From NCBI GenBank assembly GCA_965367925.1, contig CBDUKY010000001.1:1-32552 (forward strand): DNA of 32,552 bases, written 5' to 3'. Both the position numbers and the translations under genes were made by a program. Positions 9,482 to 18,588 of the stretch are shown one piece after another (the first letter of the stretch is position 1; the number at the start of each line of letters is the position of its first letter). The stretch comes from an uncultured Pseudomonadales bacterium (GTDB taxonomy: Bacteria; Pseudomonadota; Gammaproteobacteria; Pseudomonadales; Azotimanducaceae). The notes below the pieces were generated by a model. That model searched no databases and was not told the origin of the DNA. It saw only the letters and a list, made by a program, of their open reading frames with translations.

Positions 9482-11295
9482 ATCGTCGCCATTATTACCC
9501 GATTACGACCTGCAAGCTTACCTTCATAGAGCGCCGCATCTGCTCGCTCAAGACAGGCCTCAAGACTTTCATCTTTCTGGCAAATGCCACCACCAAAGGT
9601 CATGGTTACCTTGAGCACCTGGTCTTCATAATCAAATTCAGCCGCTTCAATCTTTTGCCGTAATTTTTCTGTGATCCGAAGCGCACCTTCAGCATTGGTA
9701 TTTGGTAATAGCAAAACAAATTCCTCACCACCCCAGCGGGCAACCCGGTCAACATCACGAATCTGTTCTTGCATAATTGACCCAATCTTAGACAGCACAA
9801 AATCCCCGCAAGCATGACCATAGCGATCATTAAACTGTTTAAAATAGTCGATATCTGCAACCACAAGCGCAAGGGATTCACCGGTTCGAATAAACCGCTG
9901 ACGTTCTATCTCTGCTTCATCAATAAACCCGCGTCGATTTAACAGGCCCGTCAGCGCATCTCGCCTCGCCAATTGGTTCAGACTTTCATTCGCGGCTGCA
10001 AGTTGTTGATTCACACTAACGAGTTCAGCGGTGCGATCTTCCACCTGCTGTTCCAGAGACACCAACATACGTGTAAATTGATTTGCAAGCGAAACAACCA
10101 TGCATACCAATACCGCTAGAAAACCTACCGGAATCAAACGCACTGAATGTACAAGCTGCATATTGATCAGCAGATCATTTACCCCGCATAAGGTAAAGAT
10201 CACTAACCCTATCGATAAGGTGCGCGCCTCTCTATGCCCTCGCCACACCTGCTGGCCAACAACCCAGTACAAGGGGATCAGTGAGAATAGCACGCTAATC
10301 TGCCAGAACCGTCTAACATGATGATGAATATCTAACCCCGGCGTCAAAACAATGGTAACTGCCAATAATATGAAAGCGACTTGATACAAGCGCATCAGCA
10401 AAAGCACCCGCCGATCAACAATCGTCCAGAACAATTGAATCAGCAGTACAAAAAATATCAGTACAGAGCCGGTTTCTATTTTTTCAAAGGTGACAAAGTC
10501 AAATCCAAACAGGTACTTCCATTGGCTCTGGGTAATGACATAGATGCCCAATACAATCGCTGTCAGACCAAACCACAAAAAGGACTTTAGGACGCGGTTA
10601 CGCAAGAAGAGATAGAGAAAATACAAGCCGACAAAAACAAATACCGTGACAAACAAAATGGATGGAATCTGTTCGACGTATAGTTCCTGTAGCATTTTGG
10701 TGTAGTTGCCAACCAGAAATCTGCCATCGGTCGCGCCAGCACCAGATTTCGACACACCAAGATTTGTACCACCCCAGACCCTCATGGCGATAACCAGTTT
10801 GTGGTCTGACCCCACAAGCTCGCCTGGAATCCGATACACCGCGTAGCGATCAAAATTTTCAGCAGCGTCAGGTGGCAGGCTACCAATACCTCCGAGCTTT
10901 TTCCCTTCAACAAAGATCTCGTAGGCGCTGCGCATTGCCCCAATACGAATACCAGGTTCCGCAAAGAATTCAGGACCTAAATCATCGACGCTCACGGTAA
11001 GCCGATACCAGGCTATCTGTCCCGTTTCTGGAAAACCGTCCACCGGCCAGTTTTGAGGAATCCCCATGATGGCCCAGCTTGTATCGTCAAAGGACGCTAC
11101 AGCCCAGCTAGAATCATCACCTGGCTTGAATTTCCAGGCCCCTGATATATCAACTTCCGTTGCTTGTTTTGCCTGGACAAGCTGGCTAAGAAATAGCAGC
11201 AAAAATAGACTCAGCCATGGCAACCGCAGAGATGGTGCGCAATTGGTTTGCGACGTCTCTGACAGTCGAACAGAAGGGCTAAATCTAGTGAACAC
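9478..11295 (-). CDS. diguanylate cyclase with N-terminal 7TMR-DISM sensor module (periplasmic DISMED2-like domain + 7 TM) and C-terminal GGDEF domain
   Basis: C-terminus has [14 protein letters not shown] (active-site GGEEF with the RxxD I-site at canonical spacing). The middle has about 7 hydrophobic helices, and the N-terminal exported domain reads [31 protein letters not shown]. The GTG start at 11295 is uncertain: it leaves a long n-region before the signal-like [18 protein letters not shown]. Confidence 0.85.
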   Translation of the reverse strand: MFTRFSPSVRLSETSQTNCAPSLRLPWLSLFLLLFLSQLVQAKQATEVDISGAWKFKPGDDSSWAVASFDDTSWAIMGIPQNWPVDGFPETGQIAWYRLTVSVDDLGPEFFAEPGIRIGAMRSAYEIFVEGKKLGGIGSLPPDAAENFDRYAVYRIPGELVGSDHKLVIAMRVWGGTNLGVSKSGAGATDGRFLVGNYTKMLQELYVEQIPSILFVTVFVFVGLYFLYLFLRNRVLKSFLWFGLTAIVLGIYVITQSQWKYLFGFDFVTFEKIETGSVLIFFVLLIQLFWTIVDRRVLLLMRLYQVAFILLAVTIVLTPGLDIHHHVRRFWQISVLFSLIPLYWVVGQQVWRGHREARTLSIGLVIFTLCGVNDLLINMQLVHSVRLIPVGFLAVLVCMVVSLANQFTRMLVSLEQQVEDRTAELVSVNQQLAAANESLNQLARRDALTGLLNRRGFIDEAEIERQRFIRTGESLALVVADIDYFKQFNDRYGHACGDFVLSKIGSIMQEQIRDVDRVARWGGEEFVLLLPNTNAEGALRITEKLRQKIEAAEFDYEDQVLKVTMTFGGGICQKDESLEACLERADAALYEGKLAGRNRVIMATI

Positions 11296-11507
11296 TGATT
11301 AATAAACCAATCGGGGGGCGCACTTCCAGTATAGAAACATTCCCAGCATTATTGCCAGCATATTGGATACACCATTTCCAAAATTTCACCTGGCTACAAA
11401 CAATTCCCCTTGAATATAGGCTCTGTTACCCTTCCAGGGGTACCCCAGTCTATACATTGACTGCGGCATATAACTATCCATCCGCTTAGCAAAGAGGGAA
11501 AAGAAAC

Positions 11508-12404
11508 ATGAGTGAGTTTAAAGATAAGGTCGTGGTCATCACCGGTGCTGGTGGCGGCCTGGGTAAGGCCCACGCACTGGAGTTCGCAAGCCGTGGCGCA
11601 AAAGTCGTTGTGAATGATCTCGGCAGTAGCGGCGATGGCGTTGGCGCAAGCGATGCAGCGGATGCAGTAGTCGATGAAATCAAAGCCGCTGGTGGCGTTG
11701 CCATTGCAAACAAAGCCTCTGTTGCCTCCAAAGAAGGCGCTAAATCCATTATTGATGATGCAGTTGCCGCCTTCGGTACGGTGGATATTCTGGTCAACAA
11801 CGCGGGTATCCTGCGAGACAAAACATTCAAGAAAATGCCGCTTGAGGACTGGGACATCGTTATGGATGTTCACTTGAATGGTTCTGCCTATGTCACCCAT
11901 GCTGCCTGGCCGATCATGTATGAAAAGCAATATGGTCGCATCGTATTTACCAGCTCTACTTCCGGAATCTATGGCAACTTCGGGCAGGCCAACTATGGTG
12001 CTGCGAAAATGGGTATGCTCGGATTAGCAAATGTCCTGGCCCAGGAAGGTCGTTCTAAAAATATCATGGTCAATGTCCTGGCACCCGCGGCAGAAACTCG
12101 CCTGATCGGCACAATTCCTGGCCGAGACGTAGATCCTGACAACCCCGATCCAATGGCCCACCCCCGACTTGTTACACCAGCGGTATTGTTAATGTGCGCG
12201 GAAGACGCACCAACTAACAAGGTCATACAGGCTGGCAATGGTCGTTATTCAGTTTGCGCCATTTTCAATAACAAGGATCTGCAATTTGGTGCGGATGTAA
12301 CCTATGAAGAGTTGTTAGAACGTAAAGACGAACTACTCGACATGAGCGCCGCTGAAGAAGGTTGGACCTGGCGTAAAGAAATGATGGCGAAGCGTAAAGG
12401 CTAG
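11508..12404 (+). CDS. SDR family oxidoreductase, MFE-2/HSD17B4-type (3R)-hydroxyacyl-CoA dehydrogenase-like
   Basis: VVVITGAGGGLGKAHALEFASRGAKVVVNDLG...NNAGILRDKTF...SSTSGIYGNFGQANYGAAK closely parallels the dehydrogenase domain of peroxisomal multifunctional enzyme 2. Rossmann TGxxxGxG and catalytic YxxxK are present. GAGGGA SD lies upstream of the ATG. Confidence 0.85.
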   Translation: MSEFKDKVVVITGAGGGLGKAHALEFASRGAKVVVNDLGSSGDGVGASDAADAVVDEIKAAGGVAIANKASVASKEGAKSIIDDAVAAFGTVDILVNNAGILRDKTFKKMPLEDWDIVMDVHLNGSAYVTHAAWPIMYEKQYGRIVFTSSTSGIYGNFGQANYGAAKMGMLGLANVLAQEGRSKNIMVNVLAPAAETRLIGTIPGRDVDPDNPDPMAHPRLVTPAVLLMCAEDAPTNKVIQAGNGRYSVCAIFNNKDLQFGADVTYEELLERKDELLDMSAAEEGWTWRKEMMAKRKG

Positions 12405-12535
12405 CTCTCGCTATTCATGATCCGCAAGCATCGCTTCGCGATAGGGAGTTACATCCATACCAAACATCCCGAAGCGAGCTTGCACTGCTTGAAACGCCTC
12501 CTCACACCAATTGGGAAAAAAGGCGCACGAGGTTT

Positions 12536-13159
12536 TTATGCAGCCTTGGCACTTGGTCTTGCAGCGACTTCCTCGCGCCAGCGGGCAAGATGTTTTAGTG
12601 AATCATCAGGTTTTAGATCAACCAATTGCTCTGCAAAATCGATGGTAACCATCGCTGTGATATCAGCAATGGAATACTGTTTGCCGGCAATCATCGGTCG
12701 ATCAGCTAATTCTTTATCTAGCCGCTCATAGTAAGCATGAACAGCCGCATCACTCTGTACCTTGGCTTCAGGTATTTGTACGAACCTGCCCCTGGCAATC
12801 TTCGCCACCACTGGGCCGTTCACCCAGGAAACGCTAACATTGCGACCAAGGCCTAATTCAAGGCGTCTGAGATGCATATCGATACGACCAATTTCTTCCG
12901 GGGTTGAACCAAACATAGAAGGTGTTGGATGTAAGGCTTCAAGATAGCGACAGATTGAAATAGATTCAGAGATATAGGAACCATTGTCCAGCTCTAGGAC
13001 GGGTATCTGGCCATTAAGATTTTTCTTCAGAAACTCTGGGGTCTTGTGCTCCCCTGCTTGCATATCAATATTGACTCGTTCCAGTTGCAGGTTCTTTTCT
13101 GCAAGGTATACGTGAACCCGTCTTGGGTTTGGTGCTGTTGGATGATCGTATAGCTTCAT
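12536..13159 (-). CDS. glutathione S-transferase
   Basis: Thioredoxin-like N-domain (MKLYDHPTAPNPRRVHVYLAEKNL...GQIPVLELDNGSYISESISICRYLE) plus a helical C-domain; 207 aa. Confidence 0.85.
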   Translation of the reverse strand: MKLYDHPTAPNPRRVHVYLAEKNLQLERVNIDMQAGEHKTPEFLKKNLNGQIPVLELDNGSYISESISICRYLEALHPTPSMFGSTPEEIGRIDMHLRRLELGLGRNVSVSWVNGPVVAKIARGRFVQIPEAKVQSDAAVHAYYERLDKELADRPMIAGKQYSIADITAMVTIDFAEQLVDLKPDDSLKHLARWREEVAARPSAKAA

Positions 13160-13184
13160 AACTTTCCCACTTTATTTCGATGAC

Positions 13185-14567
13185 TCAAATTTTTCTAACT
13201 TTAAACTGACGTCCCTTAATCTTACCTTCAGCTAAGGTTAAAAGGGCTTTCTCAAATGCAGACCGCTCAACGGCGACAAAGGCATGAAGGTTCGCAATAT
13301 CAATCTTCCCAATCTGACTTGCGTCAAGGGCTTTGTTAGCGGTTAGTGCACCCAGAATATCACCTGGTCGTAACTTTTGTTTTCTACCCGCATCAATTTG
13401 CAAGGTCACCATTTTGGGGCTCAAGACTTCACCATCTGACCCATTGAGACTCGATATGTGTTCAATGGTAGCTGCTGAATCACGATAGGTATCTATCGCT
13501 TTAATACGATGTAATTCACTGTCGGTAAATAGATTCAGCGCCAGTCCACTCTTACCGCTGCGACCTGTTCGCCCGATACGGTGGATGTGCACTTCACTGT
13601 CACGACTCACCTCATAGTTAATCACTGCATCAAGATCCTTGATATCCAGTCCTCTGGCGGCAACATCCGTTGCGACTAATACAGAACAGCTGCGATTCGA
13701 AAAGCGCACGAGTATTTGATCTCTATCCCTTTGCTCCAGATCACCATGCATGGCAATCGCAACAATACCCCTGTCCTTCAAATGCCTTGCTACAAGGTCA
13801 CAGGTTTTTTTAGTGTTACAGAAGACCAGACTCGACTCTGGCTTGTAATGGCCGAGCAAGGTTGCAAGACCTTCCAGGCGTTGCTTCTCATCGATTTTGT
13901 AAAAATGCTCTTCGATAGATAGATCTGTATGTACAGATTCCGATACCACCATAACCGGATTTTTTAGATAACGGGTTGAAACAGCTTGAATCGCATCAGG
14001 ATAAGTTGCGGAAAATAGGAGTGTTTGTCTGCTAGCAGGTGTCTGCCTGACAATGGCTTCGATATCCTCAGCGAAGCCCATATCAAGCATTCGATCCGCC
14101 TCATCTAGCACCAGCGTTTCTACATGATCGAGAACAAGGGTACGCTTGGAAAGATGTTTCAATATTCGCCCAGGGGTACCAACAATTATATGTGCACCAT
14201 ATTCCAATGAACCAATCTGTGGCCCGAGCGGCATACCGCCACACAAAGTGACAACCTTTACATTTTCCACCATTCGCGCAAGGCGGCGTAGCTCTTTACT
14301 CACCTGATCTGCAAGTTCTCTCGTTGGACAAACAACCAGCCCCTGAACTTGAAAACGCTTCGGTGACAGTTTTTGTAGCAAGCCAAGGCCAAATGCGGCT
14401 GTCTTGCCTGAACCGGTTTTTGCCTGGGCAATCACATCTTGCCCAGCAAGTACCAGCGGTAGACTATCTCGCTGGATATCCGTCATCTCGTGATAATCCA
14501 GGGACGCAAGATTATCCAGCAGCGGCTTCGCCAGAGCCAGGCTCTCGAAAGCGTTATCTGATGACAC
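13185..14567 (-). CDS. dbpA: ATP-dependent DEAD-box RNA helicase DbpA (23S rRNA-dependent)
   Basis: 460 aa and colinear with E. coli DbpA (457 aa). Contains AKTGSGKTAAFGLGLLQ, VLDEADRMLDMGF, SAT, HRIGRTGRSG and the C-terminal DbpA RNA-binding domain (MVTLQIDAGRKQKLRPGDILGALT...). The GTG start lies 2 nt after the deaD stop. Confidence 0.85.
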   Translation of the reverse strand: MSSDNAFESLALAKPLLDNLASLDYHEMTDIQRDSLPLVLAGQDVIAQAKTGSGKTAAFGLGLLQKLSPKRFQVQGLVVCPTRELADQVSKELRRLARMVENVKVVTLCGGMPLGPQIGSLEYGAHIIVGTPGRILKHLSKRTLVLDHVETLVLDEADRMLDMGFAEDIEAIVRQTPASRQTLLFSATYPDAIQAVSTRYLKNPVMVVSESVHTDLSIEEHFYKIDEKQRLEGLATLLGHYKPESSLVFCNTKKTCDLVARHLKDRGIVAIAMHGDLEQRDRDQILVRFSNRSCSVLVATDVAARGLDIKDLDAVINYEVSRDSEVHIHRIGRTGRSGKSGLALNLFTDSELHRIKAIDTYRDSAATIEHISSLNGSDGEVLSPKMVTLQIDAGRKQKLRPGDILGALTANKALDASQIGKIDIANLHAFVAVERSAFEKALLTLAEGKIKGRQFKVRKI

Positions 14568-14569
14568 GA

Positions 14570-16519
14570 TTAACTACCCTGATCAGCGTTGGATTTTCGC
14601 TTACGAGCTTTTGGTTTTGCTGCGCTTGATCCACCAGTCGCGTGAGAACCACGCTGTTTCCCAGCAGGTTTACGGGTACTCGCAGCTTGCGGCGAACCTG
14701 AGGCACGCTTCCCAGGGCTTCTCGACCTCGAATCAGACTCATCGAGCTTAGATATCTTAAGCTGCTGACCGCAAACCCAGACCTTCTTCAGGTCTCGATA
14801 GATGTCTCTTGGCATACCCAGTGGTAGATCTACGAAACTGTGATCCGTATGAATATCAATGTGACCGATATGCTCTGCATCAACGCCTGCCTCGTTGGCA
14901 ATTGCCCCAACAATATTACCAGGCTTCACTTCATGACTATGTCCAACTTCGATTCGGTATCGCTCCATGCCTTCCGGTGGCTTCGCCTGGGATTTACTCA
15001 CACGTTTACCAGTTCGACCAGGTTTAGCGTCCCGGCCAAATGATTCTTCTCGATCTCGTTTCGCTGGTTTGTCTTTTATCGGTTTTTCACTCAGCAATAA
15101 TGATCGCTCACCCATCTGCATCTTGGCGAGCGCCGCGGCAATCTCAATACCCGGAATATCATGTTCTTGTTGATATTGTTCCAACAGGCTTTGGAAAAAC
15201 TCCATCTCCCCGGCAGCCAGGGTATCGGTAATTTTTTGTTTGAAGTCACCGATCCGCTTATTGTTGACCATCTCTGTCGTCGGTAACTCAAGCGGTTCTA
15301 TTTTTTGCCTTGTCGCCTGCTCGATGGCATTTAGCATGCGTTTTTCTCGTGGCGCGACAAACAATATCGCTTCACCAGTTCTTCCCGCCCTGCCTGTTCG
15401 GCCAATACGGTGGATGTAGGCTTCAGTGTCGTAGGGAATATCGTAGTTCACTACATGGCTAATACGTTCCACATCAAGTCCGCGCGCAGCAACATCTGTT
15501 GCAACGAGGATGTCTAATTTTCCACGCTTTAAATTCTCAATAGTTTGCTCACGTTGCTTTTGTTGCATATCACCATTGATGGCAGCGGCAGCGTAACCTC
15601 GCGCCTCTAGCTTGTCGGCCAACTCAACGGTTGCCATCTTGGTACGCACAAACATGATAATCGCCTCAAACGGTTCCACCTCGAGTATACGAGTGAGGGC
15701 ATCTAGCTTGTGCATATGACTAACAGCCCAGTAACGTTGGCGTATGGTCGATGCCGTGGCAGTCCTGTTCTTGATTGAAATTTCTACCGGGTTATCCAGA
15801 TGTCGACGCGCTATGCGCTCAACTTCTTTTGGCATGGTGGCTGAAAATAACGCGATCTGACGATTATCAGGTGTCTGCTCTAAAATCCATTCCACATCAT
15901 CAATAAATCCCATTCGTAGCATTTCGTCAGCTTCATCCAGCACCAGGGCCTGCAGATTGTCGAGCTTCAATGTGCCTTTACGCATGTGGTCCATTACCCG
16001 ACCAGGCGTACCTACCACGGCATGTACACCGCGCTTGAGTTGATTGATCTGACCACCGTATGCCTGACCGCCATAGATAGGTAGGACATGGAAATCTTTT
16101 ATGTGGGCAGCATATTTTTGAAACGCCTCGGCAACCTGAATCGCGAGTTCGCGGGTTGGTGCAAGGACCATGATCTGAACATGCTTGCTGGACATATCAA
16201 GGCGAGATAATAGCGGCAACGCGAAAGCTGCTGTCTTACCAGTACCTGTTGGGGCATGGCCTAGAACATCCTTGCCTTCCAACAAGGGCGGAATCGTCAA
16301 ACATTGAATGGGCGATGGCGTTTCATATCCCACCGCATCAAGGGCGGATAATAGATTCACTGGTAGATCTAGTTCAGAAAAACTAGATAGTGTCGGTACA
16401 TCATCAACAAGAGGTTTTTCTACCTGCTCAACTTTTTTACTTCTGCCAGGCTTTCTCGCAGCAGGTTTCTTTGATGTTCGTTTTCGTGATGGACTTTTTT
16501 CGTGGTTGTCTTTCGACAT
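14570..16519 (-). CDS. deaD: ATP-dependent DEAD-box RNA helicase DeaD/CsdA-like
   Basis: Contains APTGTGKTAAF, VLDEADEMLRMGF, SAT, HRIGRTGRAGRTG and a DeaD-type C-terminal dimerisation/DbpA-like domain (MERYRIEVGHSHEVKPGNIVGAIANEAG). It also carries Lys/Arg-rich low-complexity tails at both ends. Confidence 0.85.
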   Translation of the reverse strand: MSKDNHEKSPSRKRTSKKPAARKPGRSKKVEQVEKPLVDDVPTLSSFSELDLPVNLLSALDAVGYETPSPIQCLTIPPLLEGKDVLGHAPTGTGKTAAFALPLLSRLDMSSKHVQIMVLAPTRELAIQVAEAFQKYAAHIKDFHVLPIYGGQAYGGQINQLKRGVHAVVGTPGRVMDHMRKGTLKLDNLQALVLDEADEMLRMGFIDDVEWILEQTPDNRQIALFSATMPKEVERIARRHLDNPVEISIKNRTATASTIRQRYWAVSHMHKLDALTRILEVEPFEAIIMFVRTKMATVELADKLEARGYAAAAINGDMQQKQREQTIENLKRGKLDILVATDVAARGLDVERISHVVNYDIPYDTEAYIHRIGRTGRAGRTGEAILFVAPREKRMLNAIEQATRQKIEPLELPTTEMVNNKRIGDFKQKITDTLAAGEMEFFQSLLEQYQQEHDIPGIEIAAALAKMQMGERSLLLSEKPIKDKPAKRDREESFGRDAKPGRTGKRVSKSQAKPPEGMERYRIEVGHSHEVKPGNIVGAIANEAGVDAEHIGHIDIHTDHSFVDLPLGMPRDIYRDLKKVWVCGQQLKISKLDESDSRSRSPGKRASGSPQAASTRKPAGKQRGSHATGGSSAAKPKARKRKSNADQGS

Positions 16520-16565
16520 GACAATTTGCTCATAGTGGGGCGGGCGGGGGTCGGCGATTATAGAG

Positions 16566-16616
16566 TAAAACGCCCCTTAAAACCTTGTAAATATAAGATA
16601 AAACGCCTTAAAAACC
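16566..16616 (-). repeat. two direct repeats upstream of deaD adjoining a TATAAT box
   Basis: Plus strand: TAAAACGCCCCTTAAAACC (16566-16584) and TAAAACGCCTTAAAAACC (16599-16616), with starts 33 nt apart. On the deaD-sense strand the proximal copy abuts TATAAT (complement of 16557-16562). No good -35 lies at 16-18 nt. Confidence 0.35.
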
Positions 16617-16652
16617 CCATATTACCGCTTCTCACCCCGACTTAGGTCAGTC

Positions 16653-17576
16653 TTAGTCCGCAGCCAGGGAAACAAGCAGTTCTCGCGTCTGCTCAAATTC
16701 TGGCCTGGAAAGACAATATTCTGACGCAGCAAAATCAGTGACGCCTGCCTCTATCATCGCTCCAATGCCGTCTGAGACCTGGTTTTTTGACCCAACAATC
16801 GCGATATCCGCAGGTCCGTCAACTCCTTCTCGTTCAAACATCGCTTTGTAGGATGGTAGCTGGCCATAGAGTTTTAACCCCTTGCCAATACTCTCTCGCA
16901 CAGCATCAGGCTTGTCTGTGACACAAACCGGCAAGGTTGAGACAATGCGCGGGGTCGGCCGACCAGCTTTCGCGGCCGCTGCGTTAATTCCAGGTGCTAT
17001 GTGGTTTTTTATGGTCTTAGGGCCAACCCAGGCAAGGGTCGTACCATCGGCAAGCCTACCGGTAACGGCTAGTGCCTGAGGGCCAAGCGCGGCTACAAGC
17101 ACAGGTACATGGTGTGCAGGTTTTTGAAACAATGTTGCATCACATTGCAAGGTCTCACCTTCATAGCTCACAGTACCTGAGCGTAGCAAGGGCATCAGAA
17201 TTTCCAGATATTCTCGCAGGTGCCGGATTGGCTTTTCAAAACTAATACCCAATTGCGCCATCATGACCTCGTGAGATAAACCGATACCAAGCGTTAGTCT
17301 CGGTCCAATAACATCAAGCGTGGTCAGGACCTGATTCGCCAGGGTCAGTGGGTGACGGGGAAAGGTTGGGACGATCGCTGTACCTAGCTCAATATCTGGC
17401 AGACGCTGACCAACCGATGCCAACACTGTTAATGCATCAAAACCACCAGTGGGGTGCTCAGCAATCCAATAACTGCCAAAGCCTCCCTTTGCGGCTTCAC
17501 TGGCATGCTCAAATACTGCCTGGGTAGAAGCTTTCTGGACAAGCCCTGTACCGTTGATTCCTATATTCACGACCAT
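16653..17576 (-). CDS. LLM-class (luciferase-like) flavin-dependent oxidoreductase
   Basis: 307 aa. The overall pattern is that of the luciferase-like monooxygenase TIM-barrel family (GSYWIAEHPTGGFDALT, LGIGLSHEVMMAQLG, ILMPLL). Cofactor and substrate cannot be called from the sequence. Confidence 0.6.
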   Translation of the reverse strand: MVVNIGINGTGLVQKASTQAVFEHASEAAKGGFGSYWIAEHPTGGFDALTVLASVGQRLPDIELGTAIVPTFPRHPLTLANQVLTTLDVIGPRLTLGIGLSHEVMMAQLGISFEKPIRHLREYLEILMPLLRSGTVSYEGETLQCDATLFQKPAHHVPVLVAALGPQALAVTGRLADGTTLAWVGPKTIKNHIAPGINAAAAKAGRPTPRIVSTLPVCVTDKPDAVRESIGKGLKLYGQLPSYKAMFEREGVDGPADIAIVGSKNQVSDGIGAMIEAGVTDFAASEYCLSRPEFEQTRELLVSLAAD

Positions 17577-17732
17577 CTCCCGCGTTACGACCTACTAACG
17601 CTATCACAATTTTCGAGCACGAGAAAAATCATCAGCTAGTATCACTATCGCCATGAATTTTTACCCCCCTGCTACTCTCGCAAAACATCTACTGCTATGG
17701 TTTGTCCTGGCCTAAAAAACAAGGCACATGTT

Positions 17733-18503
17733 ATGTCAAAACTACCTATCGTAGATCACTGGTACGAAACGAAACCCATTAGCGACAGTATTACACTGAT
17801 CTATGAACCCCATACCCACCCTTATCTACGCTGCAATATCTGGCACATCAAGGGTCGGGACAAGGATCTACTAATCGATACAGGGCTAGGAGTTAGTCCA
17901 CTTAGACAGGAAGTTGAAAAGCTATCCGACAATCCAATCTGTGCGGTAGCCACCCATATACACTATGACCATGTTGGCTGTTTACACGAATTTGATGAAC
18001 GTCTACTACACCGTTTGGAAGCACCGAAAATGGACAACTACAAAGAGTATTCTGATCTGCATATGTCGGGCATATTCCCAGACTATCGAACCAACGGCGA
18101 TACCGACGGTTATGGTGACTACCTGATTAAGGCGTTACCGAATGCACAGTTTGAAGTAGAAAACTATCGAATAACATCAACCAGGGTCACTAGAGATATC
18201 GAAGAAGGTGACGTACTTGACCTGGGTAATCGACACTTCGAAGTCTTCCACTTACCCGGTCATTCTCCGGGTAGCATTGGGCTCTGGGAAAAGGCCAGTG
18301 GCACATTTTTCTCAGGTGATGCCTTGTACGATGGCACATTGCTTGATGAATTGCCTGATTCCAATATCGCAGACTACACCGCCACCATGCGGCGAATACG
18401 CGAACTGCCGGTATCTGTTGTTCATGGTGGTCACGAGCCAAGTTTCGGACGTGAACGGATGTTAACCCTGATTGATGCCTATCTTGATTGGCGGGCATCG
18501 TGA
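17733..18503 (+). CDS. MBL-fold metallo-hydrolase
   Basis: HxHxDH motif (ATHIHYDHVG), downstream HLPGHSPGS and HGGH ligands. ATG at 17733 (M13 of the track ORF) has AAGG about 8 nt upstream. Confidence 0.8.
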   Translation: MSKLPIVDHWYETKPISDSITLIYEPHTHPYLRCNIWHIKGRDKDLLIDTGLGVSPLRQEVEKLSDNPICAVATHIHYDHVGCLHEFDERLLHRLEAPKMDNYKEYSDLHMSGIFPDYRTNGDTDGYGDYLIKALPNAQFEVENYRITSTRVTRDIEEGDVLDLGNRHFEVFHLPGHSPGSIGLWEKASGTFFSGDALYDGTLLDELPDSNIADYTATMRRIRELPVSVVHGGHEPSFGRERMLTLIDAYLDWRAS

Positions 18504-18588
18504 CCTTCATTACCTGGGATGTAATAGACGCCGCAGCGTCAGCACCTATGCTGGAACGTGGCACCACTCATCGGCAACGGGTTTAACA

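Noticed and set aside
11437-11446. Short perfect palindromes GGGGTACCCC (11437-11446) and GGGGA-T-TCCCC (29452-29462) in intergenic regions
   Set aside because: A 10-11 bp palindrome of this kind is expected by chance in 32 kb. They are not positioned at an obvious -35/-10 or SD, and there is no second copy.
11394-11930. 178-aa minus-strand ORF (and nested 123-aa ORF) overlapping the SDR gene
   Set aside because: It is antisense to a strongly recognisable SDR coding sequence, has Cys/Ile/Asn-rich composition with no motif, and starts in the intergenic region without an SD. It is a typical shadow ORF.
12405-12535. Terminator between the convergent SDR and GST genes
   Set aside because: There is only an 8-bp stem (TCGCTTCG/CGAAGCGA) with a loop of about 31 nt, and an A5...T6 flank without an intervening hairpin. 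Neither qualifies as an intrinsic terminator.
16537-16554. G-run tract GGGGCGGGCGGGGGTCGG on the plus strand as a G-quadruplex
   Set aside because: Only three runs of three or more Gs are present and the fourth is GG, so a canonical three-tetrad G4 cannot form. It is kept only as part of the C-rich deaD leader observation.
17510-17530. Possible extra C (frameshift) in the LLM oxidoreductase gene when I read the printed sequence by eye
   Set aside because: The supplied ORF track shows an uninterrupted 307-aa ORF (16653..17576), and the flanking coordinates agree with it. I attribute the discrepancy to my manual reading of a C-run, not to the sequence.
18190-18567. 125-aa minus-strand ORF spanning the MBL / alpha-beta hydrolase junction
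   Set aside because: It is antisense to two well-supported genes and has no recognisable motif or SD.
18472-18588. 39-codon upstream extension of the alpha/beta hydrolase ORF overlapping the MBL gene
   Set aside because: The extension (MMPILIGGHRDLHYLGCNRRRS...) does not resemble hydrolase N-termini. MEIITRAPDQ...HLVFIPGAFHG from ATG 18589 does. Confidence is only moderate because neither start has a strong SD.
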